From Octopus vulgaris (taxonomy: Eukaryota), in assembly GCA_951406725.2 (NCBI GenBank), contig OX597814.1, positions 178,994,001-179,058,000 on the forward strand: a stretch of 64,000 nt of DNA, written 5' to 3'. The notes below the pieces were generated by a model that had not been told where the DNA came from, ran no database searches, and saw only the letters and a list, made by a program, of their open reading frames with translations. The position numbers and the translations under genes were made by a program. Shown in pieces: positions 41,720-54,590 of this stretch. Position 1 is the first letter of the stretch, and each line of letters starts with the position of its first letter.

Positions 41720-41925
41720 AATTTTGGCACAATGCCAGTAATTTCGGAGCGGGGCTAAGCCTACTACCTCGACCCTGCTGCACAACTGGTAGTTATTTCA
41801 TCGATACTGAAATGATAAATGTCAAAGTCGAATACCTCGACATTTGAACTCATAACTTAAATACGGATGAAATACAGCTAAGCACTTTTGTTAGGCACGG
41901 TATAGATTCTGCCAGCTTGCTGGCT
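41720..41925 (-). mobile_element. SINE family B-related, decayed
   Basis: Reverse complement of the tRNA-like head (tttgaactca, tctgccagcttgc). Confidence 0.6.
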
Positions 41926-41984
41926 TGTCTATCATACCTATATTGATATGTGAAATAATACTTATATCTGTTTTTGGTTCGTTA

Positions 41985-42330
41985 AAATGGATAAAACTCA
42001 CCACAACCGAGAAGGGAACTTCAAAGGGAAGTCTTCTCTCTGTCTGGTGGGATTGCAAAGGAGTAATTCACTTTGAATTGTTCCCATCTAATGCAATAAT
42101 CAATGTTCAAGTTTACTGTCACGAATTAGAGCGTTTGAACCAAGTTTTGAAGAAAAAAAAGACGACTTTAGTGAATGGAATGGGATTAAAAAGCTTGGAA
42201 ATCGATGGAAGGAAGCCATAGATAATCAGGGAAAGTACATTGATGATTAAATTTCAATTAAAATGTAACATTTGATCATTTGTTTTCTTTATTCAAAATT
42301 CGTACAGAACTTATGGGATGACCTGATATT
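41985..42330 (+). mobile_element. Mariner transposon 3' fragment, internally deleted
   Basis: LLSVWWDCKGVIHFELF..YCHELERL is joined to GIKKLGNRWKEAIDNQGKYIDD*, followed by the TIR-like cagaacttatgggatgacctgata. Confidence 0.88.
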
Positions 42331-42747
42331 ATATGATACATAACACATATTTAAGCTATTATGTTGCTGTTACCATTAATCAAGATATTTTAATGAAATT
42401 TTTCAAAGTTTATAACAGTTGACATGCGTTTCAAGCTCCAGAAGTCTTTACAAAAATGTATTTAAAAAATCCCGGATAAACCTCCTACACGCGGATATAT
42501 CTCCGTAAGCAATAACTCTCTACGACAGTGGGCCATGTTGTCCGATTGCTGATTTGAATGACCTTGCCTGGTGGTGCTGTTAAGTTAGAAAATATTGGCG
42601 TGGGCCAACACTTGCCAAAACCTATCAAAGTATCAATGTATGATTAAAACATCGTATACAATCAACATTTTTTTCATTTGAGAAATAAAACTAAATCATT
42701 TTGTTTTATTTTAGTTCTACTAAATTGCGATTGCTGAAGCTTTACCG

Positions 42748-42854
<107 letters not shown>

Positions 42855-42909
42855 TTTCGTTTTTGGATTTGATTTGCAAGTTTCTTTATATGAGTTCGTG
42901 TGTTGAAGC

Positions 42910-43042
42910 ATATTTTGTTGTGTTTGGGGAGAATCATTCTCTTTTAGTGCCTTATTATTTAACACACTCACCGGTAAAATTTCCACTTATTTCTTATTTT
43001 TATTTAGGCACTAAAAGAGAATGACTCTCCCCAGACGCAACA

Positions 43043-43048
<6 letters not shown>
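42910..43048. repeat. Imperfect inverted repeat (about 43-nt arms) between simple repeats
   Basis: 42910-42952 is the reverse complement of 43006-43048 with 4 mismatches. Confidence 0.9.
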
Positions 43049-43081
<33 letters not shown>

Positions 43082-43472
43082 TTTCTTTGTTTATTGTGTA
43101 GGCAGTAGTCAGAAGTGCTTAGATAAAAGGCCCGAGACGCGAAGGTATAAAAAATTTTGAGAATTTCAGATAGGTTCAACTATTTAATTTTTACATATAT
43201 TCTGCCATAAATCAATGTATATCAATCTTTAGGGAAGACTTTATTCACCTTTTTGGAAGGACATACTTTTATTCTTAATAATTTTTACAACGCCGTTCTA
43301 ATCTAATTTCACTCATCTATTTATATATGTATATTAGATTTTTATATATTCCTGTTTTCATGAATTTTTAATGTTTTAATATTTGAACGACTGATACATT
43401 GGTATATCCCAAAGACTGATATGCAAAATATATGCATAATTAAATTCTTCAACCTATCTGAAATTCTCCTTA

Positions 43473-43525
<53 letters not shown>

Positions 43526-43566
43526 CATACATACATACATACATACATACATACATACACATGCAG

Positions 43567-43645
<79 letters not shown>

Positions 43646-44834
43646 TATATACATACCTATATATTTATAAGTCTATATATATTCATATCGACGTGCGCAT
43701 ACACACACACGCACGCACACACTCACATATTTATCTTTTAATTGTTTAAGTCACTTGATCGCGGCCATGCTGGGATAGCACCTGCCTACAGTCATAAACG
43801 TACATATTTAATTACTCTTGATTATTCTCTGTTTCTAATCCATAATATTTGACGATATTTTATTACATTAATGACATGTGTAGAAGAAAATTATTTGAAA
43901 ATGTAACACATAATTATCATTTAAGCTAATAATTTTATACAGAACAATTAGCTCATCAGTCATTAAGTGAAATGATATTTAAAGTATCATTTTCACTTCA
44001 TACTTTAAAGAAGAAACGCTTTTAAGAAGGGCAATAGATTTGCTGTGTTAGTTCTGACACCGGAATTTTAATGATTTTATTCATTGTTTCTCAATGGTCG
44101 CTCACAAATTGATTGAAAATTGTAACACTGTATGTGTCAGCTAAACATAAACTAAATATAAAGACAAGTATCCTCTCTAAATTATCATTTCATTGCTTGC
44201 CAGAATTATCGGAAACATCATTTCCATATAATACTCAAATAGTAACATATATGTGAAGAAGTTACTGTTAAATTACAGTTCCATAGATTAACTCTATAGC
44301 AAAGAGCACCAGAAGACACAATTGCGAATGCCCTTATGAACGTTTAATTTAATTATAGAACACTGGTCTTTTTACCATTTATTGTTAGGTTGTTTATCAT
44401 TAGAATGAGGCTAAATCTATAGACGACGGTCTGTCAGTGGTTTATGGATATAGTTCGAAAGAAGTTGCTCCTACCTACTTCTACTTCGATGTTGTCAGCG
44501 ACTCGATAAAGCTGTTTAAGAAGGTGTTAAGTTTTACACAACAGAAGGGCAAAATTCATTTTCTGTTTATTAGAAACACATTTTGGTGCGACTTACCGAA
44601 GAGCATTTGCTAAACAATGAAATAAACAGTGAAATACTGTAATTAAATGAGGCATAATATTTACAGCTACTGAAGGCTTTTTAATTTTCTTTTCTTGCTC
44701 AAGTGTGTGCAGATATTATGATGGCCGTGTGTCTTTGTTCAGCCGATCACAACAGCTAACAATAGCATGTATGTGTACAAAAATGGAAGCTCCTAACTAA
44801 ACCTCAATCAAGTTGGATTCATTTGGCTGCTATT

Positions 44835-45900
44835 CTCTTATTCTTTTATTCTTTTATTGGTTTGGGTTACCGGACAGCGGCCATGCTGGAGCACCGCCTT
44901 CCTTTTTTTAAAATTTAGTTTTGTTGTCGCTTAATGATCGATAGTTGGTCGATGATTGAGCTTCTAGTTGCTGATCTCCACTATGTGGAGGCACATGGCC
45001 TGGTAGTTAGAGCAACGGACTTGTGGTTGCGGGATCGCGGGTTCGAATCTTAGACCGGGTGATGTGTGTGTTTATGAGCGAAACACCTAAGCTCCGCGCG
45101 GCTCCGGCAGAAAAGTAATGGTGAACTTCTGCTGACTCTTTCGCCACAACTTTCTCTCACTCTTTCCTCTTGCATCTTGCAACTAACCTGCGACGGACCG
45201 GTGTCCCGTCCAGGTGGGGAACCTATACGCCACGGAAACCGGAAAACCGGCTCTAATGAGCCAGGCATGGCTCGAGATGGAAGGCTCTCCCCTATGTGTA
45301 TCCTTGAATGGTTGGCTGGTTGGTCCGTCATCGTCGTTAGGAGTTCAACAAATGCTTTTTTGAAAGTGTCAGTAGAGGTTCCTTTTATATTTCTAACCTG
45401 TTTGGGTAAGCAGTTGAATACCTGAGGACCTCTGAATATTAGACTAGTACATTAGTGTTTTTGTTCATGAGTTTGAAGAGGGTATATTTGGAAGGTGACA
45501 ATACCTACCACTTCGAGCATTAAAATTCGCTTTAGTACCGAAGTTTGGAACGTGCCCGTCCAGGATCTTCCAAACGTATATAATAGTATATCTCTCTCTT
45601 CGGTATTCAAGAGAGTAGAGACGGAGAACTTTCAGGCGTTCGCAGTAGTTAAGGCCATTAACCGAAGTTATTTTACTGGTGAATGTTCTTTGTAACCTCT
45701 CAATTTTTCGTATGAGACCGGGTGAGTTTGGAGACCAAATTTGTGAGCAGAAATCTAATTTGCTCCGAAGTAAGGTTCTCCATAGAGTTAACATGACTAT
45801 CAGTTCTCTTGTAGTGAATGTTGGTAGGTTCCATCCTATGAGATGTCTGCCTTTACAGTTCAGTTTGGTTATGTGACTGATTTCCGTCTCCATACAATCT
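44835..45900 (-). mobile_element. Older CR1/L2-group LINE 3' fragment, split by a SINE
   Basis: ORF 45465-45893 (LDFCSQIWSP..LYSLEYRRERYTIIYVWKIL) continues RGPQVFNCLPK..TDQP and, beyond the SINE, RSATRSSIIDQL, then the tail ggcggtgctccagcatggcc and (taaaaga)n. Confidence 0.88.
44987..45285 (+). mobile_element. SINE family D (tRNA head, V-/MESC-like central motif) with TSD
   Basis: A box tggcctggtagtt, B box gggttcgaatc, motif cctgcgacggaccggtgtcccgtccagg; TSD tctccactatgt (44975) and tctcccctatgt (45286). Confidence 0.85.
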
Positions 45901-46214
45901 TCAACAAAATTATGTCATTTACTTTCTTTCATTTCTAATGATAGATAAATGGCTTAAGTCACGACTTCTGAAAGTCCTTTCCATAAATCAATAGCAACTT
46001 TCTATATTCTTACTGATATAAAATATTACGCCACTTTTATATAAAACCTCGGCTAATGTGTTTTCTCAGTTGCAGAAATGGTATATTACCAACGATTTTA
46101 AAATACAGTATGATTAACACCAAGAATTTCTATCAGTTAATAGAGTAGTTTATATATATATTTTTTTTCTAAAGTGACTTTTAAGTATAAGTATAAGTTA
46201 TACTTTTAAGTAAA

Positions 46215-46300
46215 AGTTCTGGTCTTTGTGGATCTTAAAATGCCTTTTGAGACCTCCGTTAGATTTGCAAACCTTCTGGCATACATTGCATTCGAAGGTA
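46215..46300 (-). pseudogene. Isolated C2H2 zinc-finger coding fragment, probably from an RTE LINE C-terminus
   Basis: FECNVCQKVCKSNGGLKRHFKIH gives C-x2-C-x12-H-x3-H at 46290-46228. No TGEKP linker and no neighbouring fingers. Confidence 0.6.
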
Positions 46301-46742
46301 TGCACAGACATACATATACATACAGACATTTATATGTATATGTATACATATGATTATACATATACATTTATATATATATATATATATATTATACATAAAT
46401 ACGTACTCCACTGTTAATAGTTTAGGATAGAACACAAAAGAAAATCGATCGTATATAATTCTTAAATGCTTTAGATAGTTAAATTAAAACACACCAACTA
46501 TTTTCATGATCCCAAGTTACACTGTACTGCGGAGTCTCTGAGAAGGGCGAAATAACCTCATCTATAACTACTAGGGCACTTAACAAGTGAACCACATGTA
46601 TTATATGGTATTATTATTATCATTCAATCAAAAAACAACTTCTCAGAATTATAAAATAAGAAGAATCATAAACTCTGAAGCGGTTCTCTCCCATTTAATA
46701 GAATTTTTCATTCTCTCCTATATGTCTTTGTAAATTCACTCA

Positions 46743-46781
<39 letters not shown>

Positions 46782-46806
46782 CTCTTATTTCGAAAGCAAC
46801 TGCGTG

Positions 46807-46866
<60 letters not shown>

Positions 46867-46892
46867 GTACGTATGTATAAATACACATATAC

Positions 46893-46930
<38 letters not shown>

Positions 46931-49255
46931 GGGAACTGAACCCACACTGACAAAAGAGCCTCTCCTCCCCCTACGAGGTAACTTATGGTAAATACTCATT
47001 GCTTTGTTGATATGATATATTTGATATCCAGATTGACATGAAGTCATTGTATCAGCTATATGTTAATCATTTGTGCCAACTCCCTAAATGCCTCGTAGAG
47101 ATAAGTTACCTTTACAATGTTTAACTGGTGTGTTTTAAGCCTGATTTCTTCGAATATTCCCGACTGCTCTACTACAAAAGTATATTTTAATACATTCTTA
47201 AGTGTATATTATTATATTTTGGGTGGTGGTGGTCGGGTTGGGGGAGGGAACATATACAAAACAGGTCACAACGATTCCTTGCTGTTTCACACGCGATCTA
47301 TGTACGAATCACCGGTGATACTAATAACAGCTTTAACTTAACACATCGGAGAAAATACTTTGTTTTTCTTTTATTCAGTAATATGAGATGAATGCCGTAG
47401 TCACGGGAAGCTCTAGATGCTCTGAAAGATAACTGATTGTAAATTTATTAAAAATTTATAAGTATGTTATAGACAAATGCCATGCTTCGTTTTCATTGAA
47501 TGCAAATATACTCATATCTCCAACAGGATGTGCAGACTCTGCGCACATTATATAACAAAGCAATATGCTTACATGAAGTAATGCGGCATCACAAATTAGC
47601 TTTCCTGACACACTACAATTACTTCGAAGATAAATCAAAAAGAGAATGACAGGGACTGACTATCAAACTACTCAAATTTACAGAAGCAATTTTTGAGGGA
47701 TTTTCTTTCACAATAGGAAAATGTACCAAACCAACCTTAAATAAATGAAAATTAATACTACTCATGACATAAAAGCTTGAAGGTAAATATGATAAGCAAT
47801 CAACATAAAACACAAACTGGTGGAAAATAGTTCAGAAATGATAGCCTTTAGAAAATACAACACACACAAACACAAGAAATGTTAAAACAGATAAAGTTAT
47901 ATACTGGGTTGTGGGTATTTAAAACCGAATATATGCTTAGAATAAGAAAATATACATCAATATTACAGCATGCTCTTTAAAGAAACGTATGCACAATATC
48001 GTTCAATACATGTAAGATGAATTGCATAAAAATAGGAGCTGATTCAATCAGTAAAATCCTTTTTCTCTCTTTGCTATAATTATCTATCCTTCAAAATATG
48101 CAATAAAGAATTTGGGTTTAACAAAAGTACTTGGTAATACCAGATAAAATGCATGCGATCCTACTGCTACATGGAATACAAATCAGTTTCTAAGGATATA
48201 GTCGATAGAATCTATACAGTGTCATTACATAATAAGCTTATCAAATGTCCATTCTTCTCCCTTCATATATATTGTTAAAGGATTACTTCAATTGTGTCGA
48301 TTTATAGCTGTGTAATATTCCCGTGATGACTACCTATGGTACATGATTCGAGTTACTCATACTTGATGGAACAAATTAAAATTGTGATGAATATACACAA
48401 TGAATGGAATCGAACTATTCGATTTATTTTGTGCCGAGCAGAGGGTTTAGTAGGGAAATAATTCTCCAAACAACTATTTCTGTAGAGTACATATTGATAC
48501 TTCTCGGTCTCAGATCGTCTTATATTATATTTCTGGAGATAAAGAAAATGTACCAGAAACGAAATTGATAAATTAGATCAAGAAAATATATATTATTGCT
48601 AAATAATATTCGTACTAGTTTCATCGTATGAAACGTCGTCAGCCATTATCGAAATGATTTTTACTGAAGCCGTTTCAACTGTCACCATCCTGTTTATTTT
48701 TACTTCTTTCTTCGTTCGGTATTTCGTTAAAGATGAAAGAGGAAAAGGGACAGTGCAGACAAATAAATCTAGAGTACACTATACAAAAGTGTGTATTTTC
48801 AGGGTGTCATTTCATATACTGTGACCCCACCTCTTGTATAGTTGACACTTCAAATGTTGGGCAGGGTACAGTTCTGCGCATTGGAATTTTATCTGAAATG
48901 CGCTTTGAGGTTTATTGTAAAGTATACAAATAACCATAGGTTCAAATTTACACCACATTGCAATGTTTCATGAGATTAGCACAACGTTTGCCATGCCCAT
49001 CGAATATCTTTAGTGTAAGAAGGAATGAATTTTAATGTGGTTTTCGCCTAGTACCTGTCCTATATAGTAACCGAGACTTTTCTTACCGTCGGCACTATAT
49101 TATAAGACATTATTTTGTTGTTCTGATATAATATTCAACGAGTTTTCGTATATCTAAGACTATATGGGCGTAGATGTGACATTTAACCATTTCATATAGG
49201 CACAAGAAATATTTGGCAGTTCACTTTCACCTAGATGGTAACAAATAATACCGCT

Positions 49256-49491
49256 GAAGGCGGCGAGCTGGCAAAAACGTTAGCACGCCGGGCGAAATGC
49301 GTAGCCGTATTTCGTCTGCCGCTACGTTCTGAGTTCAAATTCCGCCGAGGTCGACGTTGCCTTTCATCCTTTCGGGGTCGATTAAATAAGTACCAGTTAC
49401 GCACTGGGGGCGAGGTAATCGACTTAATCCGTGTGTCTGTCCCTGTTTGTCCTCTCCGTGTTTAGCCCCTTGTGGGTAGTAAAGAAATAAA
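49256..49491 (+). mobile_element. SINE family B, young copy with 17-bp TSD
   Basis: taacaaataataccgct at 49239-49255 and 49492-49508; B-box-like gagttcaaattcc. Confidence 0.95.
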
Positions 49492-51708
49492 TAACAAATA
49501 ATACCGCTATTGGTTTAAACTTTATGTAGTAGATAAATTAATGTGAAACCACAGCTATGTTGCACACCAGATACTAGAACCAGCAGGCAGCATAATATAT
49601 ACAACTGCAAAATCCTAATGAGCACTGGATTATTTACTTCTCTATAAAACAAAACAAACGTATCGTAATAAAATCCATATACAACTATGCATACTTGGAC
49701 ATAGAATATTTCAGAATAATATTCTCTATATCCATACCTAAAAAGCAGGAAAAACATTAGTTTAAGGCAGAGTTCTCGATATATGAAATATAGCGGGAAT
49801 ATTTATTAAAATGATGTCTCTCGTACTATTATGTTATATTCATATGCAATTATATATATAAAGGGAAAGAGAGAAGGAGATAGATAGATAGATAGATAGA
49901 TAGATATAAATATAGATATGTGCGTGTGTGTATACACACAAAAGAACACACACATAAACATATATGTATATATACACATATATATATATGTGTGTATGTA
50001 TATGATCAAATATTTCAAAATCTGCTGTAGTTATTCAATCACAAGCTTCAGTAAACATTTAAACAATAATTTATTGTTAGTCTTTTTTTTTATTATCATT
50101 CCGGTTATTTCAAGCAATGAGAATGGAGAATGGCTTGTTGTTGGTGTAAGTGTTCCCATTTTAATGTTTTCCTTTATATTACGATGTTTGTATGCACACT
50201 GTTGAAATTAATAACAATCAATTAAAAAGTATGTATTTATGCCTCAAGTTTCAAAATATATCCAGATATTTGCAGTATTATATTATAAATCTAGTCAAGT
50301 ATTTCATTGTGTTCTTTTGATTTCAATAACCGACAAACAAAATCACCTTAGAAATATATTTTCGATAATCTGCTGAAAGTTTGTAATCTCAACTAAATGT
50401 TTTCATGAAGTCATTCGTCAGCAGTCTTTTCTCTTATTCAAACATTCGTTGATGTGCCTTCAGTGAAAAATGATGACGTCCATGATTATTCTAGATAACT
50501 TATTATTTCACAGCTAATGAGGAATATACTGCGCATGCACAAACAGTAAGAATGTGATTGAGGGAGAAATAAGAGCGCGAGTGAATTTGAGGTATTCACT
50601 GTAAAAGTTATTTCTCTTTAGCAGTGAAACACAATGAAGTTGAATTAGCATTCAAGTGAAATCGAAACAATGGCTGAGTCTTGTCTATCTTTGAGCTGCT
50701 ATACATTTTATGATGTTAAATACATATCTATAAAGGCCATAGCTATTTTCTGCCATATTATCCAATCTTCATTCTCTAGTGAGATCATCTTCAAAAAATC
50801 GGTGTTTTTTTTTTAATGCGAGTTGTTAAAACATTTCAAAAGTTATATTTCAATAATTAATTAGCTTCCATTCGACCTATTAGCTAATTTTATTTTTTAA
50901 TTCTATAACATAGCGTTGGGATTTGCCAGCATGGCTACAAATAGAGCTAGTGTTAAAATATTCATATTCCTAACAATATATAGAGACTAATTAATCGAGA
51001 TAATTATGGTTTTCTGTTAGTGGATATATAACCACCTTTTTTTTTTTTTGGTAACTTCGAAAATTTTCAACCATATGTCAGTTTCACATGACATGAAAAT
51101 TGAAACGTCACTTCTAAAATATAAACAAACATCGCAAACAAAAATGTTTCCTGTTAGCTTTCACCTAATTTAATATACAATATTTTTATAGCAAATCAGC
51201 AAAATGTCTGCAGATTTTAAGATATATAGATTCACATATACCGTATTTATTATCATACGATAATTAGTTAGCTATTGCTGATTATAAAATGCTTCCTTTC
51301 AGATGTGTTATATTCATTATTTTAAGCTTAAACAGTGCGGATTTAATGCTACAACACATAGTATACAACACATAGTATAATATTTGTTCGAGTATACAAC
51401 ATATAGTATAACACGTTTCGAAAACAGAGTAATTTGAATAAAATCGTCTTCCAAATTATTCAAATATATGTATATAAATGAGAAATATAATAAAGAGCGA
51501 GTGACTTGTTTTATAGACTTTCTGTAATTTGAAAAAATATAAATTATAGGGTAATATTTTTCAGTGTTTTTCGGTGACGCGTTCTTAGTTTTTCCAGGAA
51601 TCTTCAAAGATAATTTATATGAGTCTCTGCAAATACTAATTTCTCAGCATATATTCATTTTGATGCACGGATTCGATTACAGGCCAAACAGTTTTAAAAT
51701 TGACAATA

Positions 51709-52832
51709 ACCTCCATTAACACACAAATAGTGAGCGGTGTTCCGCAGGGCACTGTTCTGGGACCACTACTGTTCATAATGGCCCTCTCAGACATGCCCTC
51801 AGCCACGCAGAGAGCCACGATCACAAGTTATGCAGATGATACAAAAGTCTCACAGGCAATACAGAACCCTGAGGACACTAAACACCTGCAATGTGAGCTG
51901 GACGAAATATACAAGTGGGCTGAAAAGAATAGCATGCAGTTCAATGCTGGAAAGTTTCAAGCTTTATACTATCAGCATGCAAAACTGAATGCAATACCCA
52001 ATGAATACACTGGACCCGGAGGGATTGCAATCCCAGAGGCACAATCAGTGCGTGACCTGGGTATTCACATGAGTGATGACGCGACCTTTCATGTACATGT
52101 TGCTAAACTGACAATGAAATGTAGACGGCTGGCTGGATGGATTCTTAGAACCTTTAGAACAAGAGAACAAGAAACCATGATGGTCCTCTGGAAGACACTT
52201 GTCCTAAGCCACTTTGACTATTGCTCTCAGCTATGGTCACCATCCAGTGTCAAGTTGATCACAGAACTTGAGGCCATCCAACGAAGCTACACAAAGAAGA
52301 TAGCCTCTATGCAGAATGTAAGCTACTGGGAAAGACTCAAGAGATTAAAATTATATTCCCTGGAGCGTAGGCGGGAAAGATATGCCATAATATACATCTG
52401 GAAGATCCTGGAGGGAAGTGTCCTGAACTTTGGCATCGAGAGTTACGCAAATGCCAGAACTGGGCGCCACTGCGTGGTGCCTAGGACTCCAAACCTGCCA
52501 TCAAGATGTAGGACAAGATTCTGTGATAGCCTGGACTTCCGAGGCCCACAGCTCTTCAATATCCTCCCGAAGAACCTGAGAGACCTGCATGGGGTGGATA
52601 CAGATGTCTTTAAAATGAAGCTGGATCTCTTCCTGTCAGGTGTCCCAGATGAACCAACTTCACGGCAGGAGGTGCAGATGAGGGCAGCTGCATCGAACTC
52701 TCTCATGCACCAAATAGCAGTTGCTAGAAAGCCTCCATGAAGTGAAACCAAGTAGCAACACCAAATGGCGGTGCCCCAGCATGGCCACAGCTCATAAGCT
52801 GAAACTAGAATCAATCAATCAATCAATCAATC
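51709..52832 (+). mobile_element. CR1/L2-group LINE, 5'-truncated, with open RT C-half and (AATC)n tail
   Basis: ORF 51700-52740 (SGVPQGTVLGP, YADDTK, VRDLG) is nearly identical in protein to the copy at 24040-25510. Confidence 0.95.
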
Positions 52833-53269
52833 AAACTCTATATTTCAGAATTAAAATATCATTGCTGTGCTTTGAGATCTCTATATGTAGAAGGAATATT
52901 AGTTTTAGATGCACCGAACTTTGAGAGTACGTTCCGTAAATCGTATATACGTAATTTCGTGGAGTGAGATAGAGAGAAAAGCATATCATTGTTAAGTCAT
53001 TAAAATTGTATGGTTACCAATTTATATTAATAAAATTACGTTTTATTGTTGTGCTTGGCGTAACTATGCTGTTATGGAATATTCTATAATGACTCAAGGT
53101 TCTCTTGTGTGACTGATATTAGCAGAATACCAATAATTGTATTAAAGTTTTATAAAAATGTTAGTGTGCCGATTTGAAGTAAAAAAAATATATTTTCGTA
53201 AGAAGCAAGGAATGATGTTGCTATATTACAAGTTACGTTTAAACAAAATGAGGATTCTAGAAACTACTT

Positions 53270-53676
53270 GGAATGGCTGTGTGGTAAGTAGCTTGCTTAA
53301 CAACCACATGTTTCCGGGTTCTGTCTCACTGCGTGGCACCTTGGGCAAGTGTCTTCTACCATAGCCCCGGGCCGACCAAAGCCTTGTGAGTGGATTTAGT
53401 AGACGGAACCTGAAAGAAGCCCGAGGCATATATGCATATATATGTGTGTGTGTATGTTTGTGTGTTTGTGTCCTCCCCCCGCAACATCATTGACAACCGA
53501 TGTTGGTGTGCTTACGTCCTGTAAATACTCAGTTCGGCGAAAGAGACCGATAGAATAAGTACTAGGCTTACAAAGAATAAGTCCTGGGGGTGATTTGCTA
53601 GACTAAAGGCGGTGCTCCAGCATGGCCACAGTCAAATGACTGAAACAAATAAAAGAGTAAACGAGAGAGTAAAGAG
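53270..53676 (+). mobile_element. SINE family A, near full length
   Basis: Colinear with 25755-26153. Confidence 0.92.
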
Positions 53677-54558
53677 TATTTCGTTCTTTTTTGAATACAG
53701 GACGTATTTTTGTGAGCGTTCTCCAGATAGATACAAAAATTACTAAATAAATTGCTTAAGACCATTGGAGGAAGTCAGGCTACTTCTTTATGTGAAATAG
53801 CTCCTTCCCTACTTCTGATAATATTCATATATTCCAGTCTTTAACTCTAAAACGTTACCATTTGAATCTATTGAAATCATTTGGCTAAACGGAGTAAATA
53901 TATGATGAAAAACTTGTCTAAATCACATCACCAGGTGATTAACAGGTCATAATATCTATGAAGCCAATTTTTTGCGGAATGAAATTGTCTTCAGAAGAAA
54001 GCGGCTCTCAAATGCGTAAACGTGAGTGAATACACACACCAACACCGTCTTAAAACGTGCTACAAATTATTCCTTACTATTGGATTTACCCAGTAAATAA
54101 CTTACCTCAAGCGGGGTAACTACATAAGACGTAACGAAAATAAAGTGTTTTGTGAGGGAGAGCAAAATTCTGACCTATCAAAGCGAAAAAGTTTATACTT
54201 ATTCATGTAATCTTTATTGTAAAACATCATTACTAATGTAGTTTATTTTCAGAAAGTTAAATTGGGAATCTAAGTGACATTTTTTCTATTTGAAAATATA
54301 TTTGCTAAAAGTACAGATGTTTTTTAGCGATTGTGTTATTCATTTGTGGTAAATATCATCTGTAGGCGAAGATAATTTCAATACGTCAAGAAATTTTGTC
54401 CTAAGATATTCATCAAAGCAGTACTTTTTTATACATCTGTATCTATGTCTGTCCCTCTCTCGCTCTCTTTCCTTCTCTATTCCTTTATCTATATATTTAT
54501 CTATCTATTTAGCTAGCATTCTCTCTCGCGCTCTCTCTCACTCTCTCGCCCTCTCGCC

Positions 54559-54590
<32 letters not shown>

